Shown here piece by piece: positions 24,381 to 36,442 of a DNA stretch of 64,000 nucleotides. Each line of letters starts with the position of its first letter. Position 1 is the first letter of the stretch. The position numbers and the translations under genes were made by a program. The DNA comes from Piedraia hortae CBS 480.64 (Eukaryota). The notes below the pieces were generated by a model. It was not told the origin of the DNA. It did no database searches and was given only the letters and a program-made list of their open reading frames with translations. The DNA lies in assembly GCA_010093745.1 (NCBI GenBank), contig MU005965.1, forward strand, positions 1 to 64,000, in the 5' to 3' direction.

Positions 24381-26616
24381 AACAGAACTATAGGAGAGTC
24401 AAATATCGTTATGGACACGTGCATTTTATATGGTTTGGTTAATATTCTTGTTTTCTTTTTATCGGGATTCAGATTCGTGTAGATTGGGGAAGTTGGTGGG
24501 CGTAAGCTTTTGCGTGCTGGGAATTATCGGCCAAAGTCTTCGATGAGGAGTTCCCGTCGAGAGATTCCCACGATGCTTTCAAATGTCCATTGTGAGAACA
24601 TCAGTCGACCCGGACTAAGAGATTGGACACCTTGCTCCAAGATTTCCGCTTATCTCGGTATGCCTATGTCCAGAGTATGGTAAGCTCTGTAGTCGTACGG
24701 CATGCCTGGTATGTTCTGAAACATTCTGGGCTGTAGAATGACTTGTAACACATGCAGGCGAACCCACCCAGTCCACGGTTAAAGGCGAGGGAATCGATTG
24801 TAACGTGACAGACCACATATTCCAGTTATTTTTGTAAATATGAGTCATTGACAGTGAAGATGCATTGTCAGGTGATCCATACGGTATCGAGTTTGAGACA
24901 GTATGTGATGAGAATAAGGAGTTAGCGTGGTCTACTAAGGCTGGGGTCTCGCCGCCCGAACTCCGCAGAGTGAAAACAAGGAACTCTGCGATCCGAGACA
25001 TAGGTAAGAGGGTAGAACAATAAACGCCAACTACGCCACAGTTAACAACCACATCGCACTCTCTGACAATAACTATGTCAGGCTGTTGTGTGTGGTGCTA
25101 TATTCCTTCAAAGTGTTGATCTAAATGCACTCATTGGTGTACTGTACGCATGGAAGAAGACTTCTATCCATTGAACTACCTTTGTAAATTGGATAAGAGC
25201 GGTCACGAGGGGTGTGCACTCAAAAAGACGGAAAGGAAGTGAAGGAGAGGACCAAGTGTGCAGTGTCGAGAGTGTATGATAAGTGATCGTATCTAGATCG
25301 AGAGAACAAACAACACTTAAGACACAACTCTGGAATTCAGCATCGAAACAACAACATCCCTGGAATGCAATATCGCCACGTCAATGCTCAAGTAAAAGTC
25401 GAAAGGGTTTCCAGCGGTCCTGACCCGTAGTCGTTCATGGGCTATCTAGGGTTATAAGTGTCTTTTTGTAGCTTTTTCATTTCGGCTTTCCCTCTCGATT
25501 CAGAAGCAGTCCAAGCCACTCTCTTAAGTATATCCCATCTCTATACTTCGCAACAAGTTCATTTAGCTCAGGCGCATGATAAGCGAGACCATGGTCGATG
25601 CAGTCCAACCTCTTCTTTCCGAGCCTATTCGATACATTAGCGATTCCTGGATTATAATGTTTATCCAGTTCTTACTCGGCAAGAACACGACGTTGGTTTA
25701 AATCTATAGGGACGTGGGCACCCGACCCAAAAACCGTAATCTCGAGAGCAAGCGTGTTGAGGCTATGAAGATACGGCTGACCGAATCGCGGCATAAAGGT
25801 GAGTAATACGTCCTCAATCGTTCCAGCTAGCGAGGTGATACTGGGGTAGTGCTGCTCCGGCGCCATCATGACATCCATTCCAAGGCTGCATCCGATCCAA
25901 AGATGAAGCTTTCAAGGTCCCTAAGAGATGGTAGAATCTCGCATATGCCGAAATCCCTTTTTGTGCAGTAGTATTGAGAGCAAGGACCCTGTCACGTGGT
26001 TGTTTACTGATTATGAGTGTCCGCAGCTTTCGCAATGCTTTGAGAGGATAGAACCGGCGTGAACATTCATATAATTCCCATGGCATTACGGGCTAATCAA
26101 TGATAATTCTAAGCTCTTGAAGGTGAACCATCGTTTCTATGGTCTCAAATCGGCCTTGTGGGTGCCTGACTGTCACGGTAAGCGAATGCAAATCGTGTGC
26201 AAACAGGCTGGGAACTTCATGGGGCATTTTCAGCGCCTGATGATTGGGTAGAGATTTTCTGGTCGACGTGAAAGTCCTGAGGGTTAATGTCTGCAGATCC
26301 TTAGAATCATTTATTGGGTCGCATCCACGGATTTTTAGACGCTCGAAACCTGATAGTTGGGGTAGATGCGGCATGATTAAATCCAGACTGCCCTCTTCTC
26401 CTTTTGCAGATACTTCCAAGCTTCGCAGGCTTTCCAGCTGTCTCAGAAATTTGATCATTTGGGCGCCGAGTGCAGCTTTAGGTGGGCAAACCAGGCTGAG
26501 AGATTCCAAGCGCTGGCATGAGTCATAAAAAGGCTGTAAATAGTGTACTGAATCTAAAATCAGTTTGCGCGAGAATTGTTGGAGGAAAAAGCATCGCCGC
26601 TAAGGCCACGTTTCAC

Positions 26617-26740
26617 TATTATAATTGTGAGCAGATGTGTACCTGCATACAAATCTCTACGGAAAACTAGTTGACGCGTGAAGTCGAGAGCCGAGCGCCG
26701 GTTACTAATAATGCGCGTAATATACCGCATATTCACAACA
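26617..26740 (-). mobile_element. Solo LTR, family D (124 bp)
   Basis: Perfect TSD ttcac; reverse complement of 27456-27583. Confidence 0.88.
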
Positions 26741-26798
26741 TTCACCCCTGCCAATTGGAAATGTAGCACGCTTTCACAGCAACTCGCTTCAGGGGGAG

Positions 26799-27120
26799 TG
26801 TTGCCATGAGGCCTTGTTGCTATGAGCATATGAGCATATATGGCTAGACTTCCTAAAATTTTTACCTCACAGAGGATGTTTTCTCTGGGACGTGATCATG
26901 TCACATGATGTGATCACCGGCGAATGCCGTCCGTAACGTGCCAGAATGAGGGGCAGTCGTACCAATTCACCTCAACCTCTCGCTTCCCCAATACAACATA
27001 AAAAATACAATAAGACAATACAATTAAATACATGAGCATAATCACAGACACTGTTCTTGTTCCCACTCTCTGTGCCCATATTGCACATGACGCTGCGCTA
27101 GATCACCACCTCCATATTTT
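26799..27120. mobile_element. Probable solo LTR of another family (right end unresolved)
   Basis: Starts tgtt, carries the shared two-hairpin motif at 26852-26927, followed by an A/C-rich tract. Confidence 0.5.
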
Positions 27121-27455
27121 ATCAAGATTAAGTCAAGCAGAAGCCCATGCACCCGTTGGGCACCTCGCATGGACTACCTTGAAGAGGTATCTGCCTTAAA
27201 AGTGATGGACAAGTGTTGAAGCTGTGAAAAGCTCATGCCAGTCGTCGTATCATGTCCACTTGAAGAACCTCGCACGTGAAGCGTGCGAGCATTGTTCACA
27301 AGGTACTTACGTCGGCGGCGTGGCGTTTTAGCGGGCGCTTCGTCGGGAACATCACACCACAGGTAAATGCACGAATGCATCATTCCACGATCTGCAAACA
27401 TTTGCTGCGCTTAGCAGTGAGAACTTGTCATCATTTAGGTTTCTCGCTATGTTAG

Positions 27456-27583
27456 TGTTGTGAATATGCGGGATATTACGCGCATTATTAGTAATCGGTG
27501 CTCGGCTCTCGACTTGACGCGTCAACTAGTTTTCTGTAGAGACTTGTATGCATACTGGTACACATCTACTCACAATCATAATA
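27456..27583 (+). mobile_element. Solo LTR, family D (128 bp)
   Basis: tgttgtga...tcataata ends (the latter a C>T version of tcacaaca); perfect TSD gttag. Confidence 0.88.
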
Positions 27584-27662
27584 GTTAGATAGCATTTCCT
27601 GTTGAGGTTAGTTGGGAGCCAGTCCCAATAGAGGTAGGGCGACCGGTAACCTTACCTCCTAT

Positions 27663-27966
27663 TGTCGGAGGGCTGGACCTCCGAAGACTAAAGCGGAACG
27701 TAGGTCAAAGACAAATGTGTGCACTCAAATCTGACCAAAAGGTGAATGTAGATGCCTATCTCTATGTGAGGTGAGGTTCGAATCCTTCTCCACACCACCT
27801 CAGTCTAACCGCATTCGCCAGGACAATGTCAGCGAACCATGCCCTTAAGCGTGAACGAGACAATGACTCATCTCAGGAAAAAATTCCTCTATAGAGGTAA
27901 AAACCTTAAGAAGTTTCGACTTCTATCTAAGGTTCGGGTCATGGTGAGTGCCACATCCTTCAGACA
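27663..27966. mobile_element. Solo LTR, family A copy 2
   Basis: tgtcggagg...ccttcagaca; TSD cctat/cctag. Confidence 0.88.
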
Positions 27967-28392
27967 CCTAGATCCAAGGGAAGAGGTGTCATGTTGTATC
28001 ATATAGGGGTGTTTCTCGACGCGAAATATGAGATGTGGTCCTATAATACGCGCTTTGATCCTTAGCTGACAGTTGACATGAAAGCTCCATGCGCATGTCG
28101 CGTGGACTTGCTTAAGATATAGACCCCAATCGTTTATCTAGAGACCCCCTCCCAAGCCTATTCGGGATTAGCGCTTCTTTAAGCCAAATACCGTGCCCGC
28201 TCGCGACGAAAGGGTTATCGCTAGCGTGCCCGTTCGAGTTTAGTGCCCCATCTCGGCCAATAAGACGGAACCTCCTTCGAACTACACTATACCTATATTA
28301 AGTTAGTGGGAAAGTGACAGCCCTCTCTGATTGGCCGGAGAACGGAATTAGACTCATTTAGGCACGCTAGCGATAGACCCTTCGTTTCGAGT

Positions 28393-28817
28393 TGTGAGAC
28401 GGTAAACCTTCTCATATAGTATTCAGTCAGGTCGCATCTGCAAGCTTAGATAGAGGTCGATGCTTTTCAGGGTTTTTACCTCCATAGGAGGAAGTATTCC
28501 TTGGGACGAGGCACGGTGCCGTTCATGCTCTGTGCGTGCTCGTTGACGTGGTCTCGATGAATGCGGCTAGACCTGGGTCAGCTTGAGGTGAAGTTCCGCA
28601 CTTCAACTCACAACATCAGTTGAAGGATGTGTCACGTGATGACCATGAACAATGTCCACTCATGTATGCAGTATATATAAATACATATTTATTCACGTCT
28701 TAGTGAACTCACACTATCAGTTCGTCCCCTTGAACTACAGCACCTCAAAATGCACATACACACACATAGCATAACATAAATGTGCTCACACACCATTGCC
28801 CACTAAATAATCTCACA
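28393..28817. mobile_element. Solo LTR (tgtgaga...tctcaca) containing a nested family-C element
   Basis: 7-bp terminal inverted repeat, cgagt before and 2 nt after the end, shared hairpin motif at 28468-28567. Confidence 0.75.
28618..28736. mobile_element. 119-bp family-C element
   Basis: agttgaagg...ccttgaact; TSD acatc/acagc; collinear with 11358-11476. Confidence 0.85.
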
Positions 28818-29516
28818 CGCGAGTGAGTATGGTGTATTGCTTTCCAAGGATGCGCAAAATTTCTTCTCCCTAGCTGGAAACTGTGAGGTACATTGCGTGT
28901 CCACAGCCTGCTGGCACACGAATAGAGATAGTACAAGTATTAGACTGGACATGCGATTTGAATTGAATCGCATATGAACAGGCTGCTGACGCACAATAAC
29001 AGGCAATACGCAAAAATATGTAACATTTGATCGAAGCTAATATGGTACTGACACGCGATTTTGTAGCGATATTCTTCCGATACGCGGTTCACCCTCGTGT
29101 CGACACGCAATCTCAAATATAGCAATTCCACCTAGGTGGTATACGTAAGTTGTGTTGTCATTAAAGTATTTGCTCAAGTGTGCCCCAAAAAACAAAAAGA
29201 GTAGAATTTATTGTTACTGAGATTGCATGTTCATTGGTCTCAGCTGGTTCCCTCCAGCATGAGCTATGTTAAGGAACAATAAGAATCATGCAGGGGCTTT
29301 GGTACGCGAAAAGAACAATGTCTTACTCTCGAAGAGAATCATTACAGAAATATGCGTTATTTTCCATGCATGTGCGCATTGTTCCACTTCAGCTTTCCCA
29401 TAAAAGAACCCTCTCCCATCCCCAATCCCATATCACTTCACATACTCGCCTTCAACAAGCACACAAAAACTCAAGAATACAACTACTCTCCAAGCATACA
29501 CTCTCACAGAACTACA

Positions 29517-29831
29517 ATGTCTCAATTTGCAGACCCGGTCATGACGGCTGGCTCCATCTTGGCGTTCTCCAAGGCGAATGGAGAATCAACCCTCACCACC
29601 GACGCAGAGGATAGCCCGCCTCCCAGCGCGGAATTCCACGGCAACTCTCGCCAAGCGGTCGTGATGCGGGCGTACATGCATGCCCCGTCAGACCCAATCA
29701 GGTCGACGCTGAGGGTCGGCGACGTAGTCCGCGTGGACGACGCCTCGGGGTCAGGCTGGACGGTCGAGACCCCTAGCGGAACAACGCTCATAGTCCCTAG
29801 GGACCACCTAGAACTCCTGATGGCAGGTTAG
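29517..29831 (+). CDS. Small protein (104 aa) with a divergent SH3-like domain
   Basis: AVVMRAY...LRVGDVVRV...GSGW...LIVPRDHLEL fits the SH3 pattern; GC-rich coding look with a CA-rich leader. Confidence 0.6.
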   Translation: MSQFADPVMTAGSILAFSKANGESTLTTDAEDSPPPSAEFHGNSRQAVVMRAYMHAPSDPIRSTLRVGDVVRVDDASGSGWTVETPSGTTLIVPRDHLELLMAG

Positions 29832-30831
29832 TTAATTCTTTCCCCCTCAATAATCATGAATAATAACTTATCAGTCCGACAAGTTCACCTTCGACACTTC
29901 CCCCTTCCACAGTCATGATTATGAACTTCCTCTGAGCACCATGGTAGCACCCAGTGTCATCACAACCACAAACACTCCAGAAATTTTATGTCGCTGTGAT
30001 TGGACACTCCGCGATTTTCGACTTGTGCACCCACAACGCCAAGAATTCCTTTTCAACGACAACCACCATCGAGGAATATACCCTACAGATGGAAGAGTTC
30101 TGAACCACCTAAACTGACTGAACTATCGTTGTGCATGGTGTCTGGTGGACGGAGAGGCGTGGGACCACCTCGCCGAATAGTGCACCCGCGCCCCGTCGTT
30201 GGCTACGTACGTTAGTCTGGTCGGCCTGGACTAATGCGTCAGGGGTATCGCAAGGCAAGTGTGCTTAATTCCAAGAACGCACTCAACACTCACTTCATCA
30301 CAAATATCTACGTCACAACAATGCCGCAAGGAACACGAGGATTAGCGGTGAGCGAAGGCTATTTGTTGGCAGTGCTGTGGGTGTCTATATTGACGATTTT
30401 AACCACGAGGGCACGCACCTTAGTAATCCGCAAAGTCAGCTCCACTAATGTGGCAGATAAGTCTCAATGAAAGCTGCGACGACATCGATAAGACCGCGGT
30501 CTTTCGAAGATTATGATGGCAAGTCGGCCGATGCGAAAGAACGGGCTGACACCTGAGTGTATGGGCTTGTAACCCGGCGTTCAAGGGATATACATGACCT
30601 GAAGCGCATGGTATTCGGCTTCTTGGTAGGTACAGCGAAGAGTATTCTAGCGCCTGCGTGGAAAGGCAATCCACCCTTCATAATGGCTGACAGCATGTTT
30701 CCACTCACGCGTCATGCTGGTGAAAGATACGCCAGGGGGTCCAGATTTCAGGAGGTCCCTAACCGACAATATGAACAGCCTATTCGATTTCCAGCGGTGC
30801 AATGACAGAACTAACCCCTCCGGGAGGCAGC

Positions 30832-31133
30832 TCTCGGAGGGGTGAACCTCCGAGGACTAAAGAGGAGCGGATATCGACGACAAAAGGCGTCAGTCAACTT
30901 TAACTGAAAAAGTGAATGTAGATGTCTATGTCTGTATGAGATGAGATTCAAATCCTTCCCCCCACTACAGTCTAATCGCATTCGCCAGGACAACGTCAGC
31001 GAACCATGCCCTTAAGCATGAACGAGACAATGACCCGTCCCAGGGAAGACTTCCTCTATAGAGGTAAAAACCCTGACAAATTTCGACTTCTATCTATAGT
31101 TTTGGTCATGTGGGGTACCACATCCTTCTGACA
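30832..31133. mobile_element. Solo LTR, family A copy 3
   Basis: tctcggagg...ccttctgaca; TSD gcagc/ggagc. Confidence 0.85.
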
Positions 31134-31994
31134 GGAGCAGTTTCCACGACGGCAGTCGACGGCGTGTTTCAACGCACACTTCTTTCAAACGAAGATACGC
31201 AAGGGGGCGTAGATTTTAGTAGATCTCCTTTAGACGAGTAATGAGGGAGACAAGCCCAGCGGGGGTCAGGGGCAGTTCAACGACTACGTCGATCGATGGC
31301 GTATTTCAGGGGGCAATTTTCACTGTGGCTCAGGTCGCGTCGCTGGCCAGGGAATGGAGGTATAAAATCTCGCACATGGGAGTATTGTCTGAGACGGATG
31401 TTCTTCCAAAGAAAGAGGTTTTTGACTGTCTTTTTGGGTTTGTAACATCTTGATGCCGTAGAGGTCAAGTCATCAGTGGTGATGCCTATGCAATTTTTGA
31501 ATGTAAACAAATAAATATTCTTGTGTTATGCATTCGGAATCCTGTTAAGTAGTCACAGCTAAATCGTTTAGGGGGGGAATGAAAAACTCGCGTTTGGTTG
31601 CTTAACTTATGAAAGCATAGGACATGGAATGGAAGGAACTGGAATTTTCATCATGCAACCGACTTCCTCAGTTGTTCAGTCTTCACCTTCGTTCTAGACA
31701 TGATACCCTCGAAGAAAGATCCTTGTTTACGTGTCAAAAAGTGATAAAAACTCTCTTTCACGAGTTAACCCCTTTAGGTGGGGAAGAAGCCATATATCCA
31801 ACAACCTTCGAGGTGGGACGCCAACCTCAAACCTTATCATCCCTTTTTTTTTCCCCACACCCACACGAAGCAAAACAAAAAAAACTCCCATCACTATAAG
31901 TAATACACAGGGTATATCAACTCCTTTAAAAGACACACTTTCCTCGAAAAATTCATCGTCCCACCCATCTATTCTCCTTCCCCTTTATAAACCC

Positions 31995-34900
31995 CTAAAG
32001 CGTCTTATAAACCTTCCTCCTCTTCCCCCCCTTCCACCAAACCCTCCCCCTCGCCACTCCTTTCGCAATCCTATGAAAAACCCACCTCTCCCCAATCTTC
32101 CCCGTGAGCGCTGCGAGAACCCCCAGTGCGAGAACCACCCCCCTGAACCCAACCCCAAGGTACGTCAAATCCATCAGCCTGATCAACCACGGCGCGGGAT
32201 CGAAAAGCAGATATGTAGTAACCGCAAACGCAGTAAGCAGACTTACCACGAATGGCAGATTCGCCGCAGGCGATTCTCTGAATGGCTTGCCGACGGACAG
32301 AACAGCCGCGAAGAGTATGTATTGGTAGCAAGAGAGTAGAAAGAGGGTTGTGTTTTCCGAGTTGAGAATGTTACTTTCCCCTTTGGACGGAACAGGAGGG
32401 ATGTACCACTTTTGGTGTTTGACGAGAATGTACCCTACCGCTTGCGTGGTCGCACATATTGTGATGTGGCCTAGGAGCGGGACTAAGACTTTTGGCGAGA
32501 CGAGGCGCGCGATGGGACGCTTCGCGGAGAGGTTTTTTGCGGGTCCGGTCCAGCCCATGAATATTGCTATGGGAAGGATTAGGAGGAGGTCAATGTAGAG
32601 GTACTGGAAGTCGCCAAGGTTGGAGGCGGAGGCGTAGAGGAAGCTTACGCTTGTGAATTGGATGGCGGAGTAGAGGGACATGTATTTGAAACAGGAGAAG
32701 GATGTGACGAGTGCGGCGCGGCCTTCGCGGATGATGCAAGGTACGCAGGAGATGTCGAAGATGCGGGATGTGAAGGGCGCGGCCACTGAGGCTTCGGCTT
32801 CAGAGAGGGAGACGCCGACGTCGGCGGCTTTGAGGGCCCCGCAATCGTTGGCACCGTCGCCGCAGAAGCCAGTGGTGTAGTCGATTTTTTGGAGGGTTTC
32901 GACGAGTTCGCATTTTTCATCGGGAGACATTCGGGCGAAGACTTGGCCGTGGCGGAGAAGTTGGTTCAGCAGTCTTGGGGAGGCGTAGTCGATTACCCAC
33001 CGGAAGACTTCGCCAGTGCAGGCGATGGAGTAGTTGTGGAGGTTGGAGAGATCATATGGGAGAGAACTGTCGTGGTCGGCGGGGGGTGGGAGAGGTTTCA
33101 GCGTGTTTTCGTCGAGTTTGTAGGCGGAGTTGTCGACGCTTTGCCAGACTAGTTGGGCAAGAGGAGTGCGGGCATCGCCTTCGATGAAGTGAGGGGCGAA
33201 GCAGTGGCCGGTTTTGTCAATCATACTGCATTCCCTCGCTACACTGATGGCGGTCAGAATATTGTCCCCGGTACACATGACTGTGCGGATATTGGCATCG
33301 TTCAGCTCCTCAATAATCTCCGTCGAGCGTTCTTTCAGTTTGTTTTCGAAAATGATGAAGCCGACAAACTCGAGACTCGACTCTGCCTCTTCCCGTGTCA
33401 TCTTCTGCAGCTTCAGCCAGTTGAGCCGGAAGATGTGCTTCGTTGCACAGGCAATGACGCGGAATCCACGGTGCGTGTAGTAGGCCAAGAGCTCGTCATA
33501 GTCTGAAGGGAAGCTGTCTGGTTTGCAAATGCCCTTCATTGCTTCTGGAGCACCTTTGACAAATACATCGCCGCTGCCCTCACCCAGCTTGCGGACAACC
33601 ACACTAGCACGTCGCAAATTAGACACAAATTCGAACACCTTGAGCACACCCAGCTCAATGGGCCGTCTAGATTGAGCTTCATCAATGTCTAACTCCATGC
33701 CCGGCGGTGGACGGGCAATTGATGGAGACAGCGTGCTCTCCTCGTCCTCTTCCTCACCCGCAGGACGGCCTGATCCTTCTTCAAACTGCCAGCCAGTAAA
33801 CTGAAACATCTTCAGATCTAGCGGGTCACCAACAAGCTCTCCGTCGATGTCCCGTAGCGAATGACAGGTGGCCATGGTGTGCAATATAGCCTTATTGGCA
33901 AGATAATCAATCGTCGGATCCCGCTCATATTGTCCACCAGGAAGCAGGGACATGGCATGGGAGAGCAGACCAGTGAACCGATTCGCAGGCCGCGAGACGA
34001 CCCTGACGCCCAAGACATCGAGACCATCCTCAGTCAAGGTACCCGTCTTGTCAAAGCACATAATGTCCAACTTGCCACCAACATTGACCCTCTGCGGGCT
34101 GATACAGAAGATTGACTTGGATTTCAGCCGTTGAAGGGCAAAGTTGGTGCCGATGGTGAGCGTTGCGGGCAGAGCAGGCGGCACAACAATGGTGATCAGA
34201 TCCAACGCACGTACAATGATCAAATGCCACTCCAGTCCCAAGCGGATGAAGTTGATAAACGAGGCCACGAAGCCAATGCTGGCAATGAAAGCCATGAATG
34301 CAATGTACCGGAACGAGTCTCGGTAGAATTTGAACCCCGAGGGCTTGGGGAAGAGCATGGACCGTACGAGAGCGCCTTTGGTCGTGTTAAAACCCGTTCG
34401 GACAACGAGAGCCACGGCAGCTCCCTCGTCGCTCTTGTCTTCTTCCGGCCGTCTCGCACGGACAAGACTGGTGCCGCTGAAAAGCATGTGTTTGGCCACT
34501 TCTGGGTGCATCGAGGAGGCGCTTGGGTTGAGCAGCTCCAACGATTCGTCGTTTGCCGGTGTTTTGGACACGGGAACAGACTCGCCCGTGAGCATGCTCT
34601 CGTTGACTATGCAGTCGCCAGACAGCAGTAGACTATCACAGGGGAATTGGTGAAGATAAGGGTCAGTCACCTCGTAGATATCTCCTGGTACGAGTTCTCC
34701 AGAGTCAATGTACCGCCAGAAACCACCACGCAAGACTCGGATATCACACGAGAAGCGTGATATTTCTTTGAGACGCTTGATAGTCGACTTGGTCTCGATC
34801 AAAGTGGTGGTTATGCTGATTACCGAGATGATGAAGATGCAGGCCGCATAGTAGTAGTACGAGTCCAGGGACCAGAGGACCAAACTGGCAACCTGAAACA

Positions 34901-35900
34901 CATAAAATGGATGGAAAACCTCCTCCACAAGCAACTGGAGCGTCGTCTTCTGCTCAATATCAATCATGTTGGGGCCAAAAACCTGCTCTCGGTGTTCGTA
35001 ATCGTCTACATCGAGGCCATCCTTGACATTCTCAACCCGCGTCCATGAGGGATCCTTCCACGTATTTCCCTGAACGAACCTATCCCGAAGCGGATGGTAA
35101 CAGAATCGAATGTATCGATAATCCAGAATCCGCAGTTCATCCATAATAGGATCATCAAAATCCGAGAAACCCGACAGTTTTGACTTCTCCCCATGCCCAA
35201 ATACAGCCGACATGGACCGTCCAAACTCTCCCACATCAACCTCCTTCACCATCATCTCATTCCACTGATTCTCAATCACAACCCAATCACACGACCTCAA
35301 CGACGTGCTTTTGGCCACTACCCGCACATACCATTTCGGAAACCACCTCAAAACCAGATACCCAATCCCTCCCGTCAACATGCAGATGCAAACATACAGC
35401 ATCAGCCCGCTTACCGTCGTCCTAAAACCCGCAATCACTATCGTCAAATCCTCCGCGAGGATGTACATCTTCTGACTATGTCTCCCGTCGGGGTGATGCA
35501 CACTCGCAGCTGACCCTTCACTCCGATGTCTCTTCAACAGCGGCACCTCGACCGACGTCCTCGACCGCCTCGAAGAATCCGACAACCTCCTCCTTCCCAC
35601 CACATCCTCACTTTCATCACCCGGCAAATCAAACCCATCCTCAAAAATATCATCAACCTCCAACTCCCCTCTCTCCAACCAATCCTCCTCATCAACAATC
35701 GCCTCCTCAACCCCATCCCTCTCAAAATCACCCTCCTCATCCTCATCATAGTACGCGAAGCTGGTACTAGAGTCCGCGCGCGGCCTCCGATGAGAAAACA
35801 ACGACGTCGAGACAGGCACACTCTCGCTCATCGGACCAGCGTACATTTCTTCTTGCGCCATGTCGACGTCGGCGATGAAGCTTGCCCTGACAACAACCAT
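31995..35900 (-). CDS. YPK9: P5B-type ATPase (Ypk9/ATP13A2 family), intronless; true start may be a slightly downstream ATG
   Basis: PPALP, DKTGTLT, TGES, KGAPE, TGDN, GDGAND motifs in a 1301-aa ORF. Confidence 0.96.
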   Translation of the reverse strand: MVVVRASFIADVDMAQEEMYAGPMSESVPVSTSLFSHRRPRADSSTSFAYYDEDEEGDFERDGVEEAIVDEEDWLERGELEVDDIFEDGFDLPGDESEDVVGRRRLSDSSRRSRTSVEVPLLKRHRSEGSAASVHHPDGRHSQKMYILAEDLTIVIAGFRTTVSGLMLYVCICMLTGGIGYLVLRWFPKWYVRVVAKSTSLRSCDWVVIENQWNEMMVKEVDVGEFGRSMSAVFGHGEKSKLSGFSDFDDPIMDELRILDYRYIRFCYHPLRDRFVQGNTWKDPSWTRVENVKDGLDVDDYEHREQVFGPNMIDIEQKTTLQLLVEEVFHPFYVFQVASLVLWSLDSYYYYAACIFIISVISITTTLIETKSTIKRLKEISRFSCDIRVLRGGFWRYIDSGELVPGDIYEVTDPYLHQFPCDSLLLSGDCIVNESMLTGESVPVSKTPANDESLELLNPSASSMHPEVAKHMLFSGTSLVRARRPEEDKSDEGAAVALVVRTGFNTTKGALVRSMLFPKPSGFKFYRDSFRYIAFMAFIASIGFVASFINFIRLGLEWHLIIVRALDLITIVVPPALPATLTIGTNFALQRLKSKSIFCISPQRVNVGGKLDIMCFDKTGTLTEDGLDVLGVRVVSRPANRFTGLLSHAMSLLPGGQYERDPTIDYLANKAILHTMATCHSLRDIDGELVGDPLDLKMFQFTGWQFEEGSGRPAGEEEDEESTLSPSIARPPPGMELDIDEAQSRRPIELGVLKVFEFVSNLRRASVVVRKLGEGSGDVFVKGAPEAMKGICKPDSFPSDYDELLAYYTHRGFRVIACATKHIFRLNWLKLQKMTREEAESSLEFVGFIIFENKLKERSTEIIEELNDANIRTVMCTGDNILTAISVARECSMIDKTGHCFAPHFIEGDARTPLAQLVWQSVDNSAYKLDENTLKPLPPPADHDSSLPYDLSNLHNYSIACTGEVFRWVIDYASPRLLNQLLRHGQVFARMSPDEKCELVETLQKIDYTTGFCGDGANDCGALKAADVGVSLSEAEASVAAPFTSRIFDISCVPCIIREGRAALVTSFSCFKYMSLYSAIQFTSVSFLYASASNLGDFQYLYIDLLLILPIAIFMGWTGPAKNLSAKRPIARLVSPKVLVPLLGHITICATTQAVGYILVKHQKWYIPPVPSKGESNILNSENTTLFLLSCYQYILFAAVLSVGKPFRESPAANLPFVVSLLTAFAVTTYLLFDPAPWLIRLMDLTYLGVGFRGVVLALGVLAALTGKIGERWVFHRIAKGVARGRVWWKGGKRRKVYKTL

Positions 35901-36356
35901 GTCAAACCTTCCAACAAGGAAAATAAAAAATCACTTACTCGCTCCTATTCGACCCGCGACGGTACATTTCCGTCCGGCGCCGTTTCCACTCTTCCCCGTC
36001 CATGGCTGGCGCGAAATGTTGTCGGGGAGTTTTCTTTTGGACGCACGGACGTACAGCGTCGGGTGGGGATGGGGGGTGGCCGTTAGCCGTCACGGTCAGC
36101 CGGGTCACGGCGACCTTGTGACAGCTGACGGTTTCCTGTGCAATGGACAAGATGGCGCTCGTGCAGGATTAGGTTTGGTAGTTTCGGGAGGGCGGGCGGG
36201 ATCAGATCCGCGGCACAGCGTGTCGCTCAACTCTGCTTCGGAAAGTTATGTTGTGAAGGGACTTTGCTTGTGCTGTCACGATCTCTGGCATGGACAGCTA
36301 CGACGACATTGACATGCAGTATATTGAATATTTTTTCTCCCCCCAATGACATACAT

Positions 36357-36442
36357 CTCCCCTTAGCTCAGCTGGCAGAGCGCAAGACTGTAATGGAAAA
36401 GCGTTCATCTTGAGGTCCCTGGTTCGAACCCGGGAGGAGAGA
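36357..36442 (+). tRNA. tRNA-Tyr(GTA) with a 13-nt intron (36394-36406)
   Basis: Acceptor ctcccct/aggagag+A, D arm gctc..gagc, anticodon stem caaga/tcttg, GTA at 36390-36392, ggttcgaac T loop, poly-T terminator; 73 nt after splicing. Confidence 0.95.

Larger units (their letters stand above)
25560..27430 (-). pseudogene. Fragmented leucine-rich/F-box-like hypothetical gene interrupted by solo LTRs
   Basis: Successive minus-strand ORF pieces with LxxLxL patterns (LESLRSLEV, LQELRI, LRKLRTLII, LQHLSI) separated by stops and insertions. Confidence 0.4.
28171..28855. repeat. Foldback/MITE-like element whose right arm is split by an LTR insertion
   Basis: 28200-28230 is the inverted complement of 28361-28391 (15 nt perfect); inner ctcggccaat/attggccggag pair; the arm resumes, degraded, at about 28820-28855. 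Confidence 0.6.

Noticed and set aside
30230..31460. Short ORF pieces around the family-A LTR, and others at 9300-9720 and 48000-50350
   Set aside because: Possibly decayed genes, but I recognise no motif and cannot support a call.
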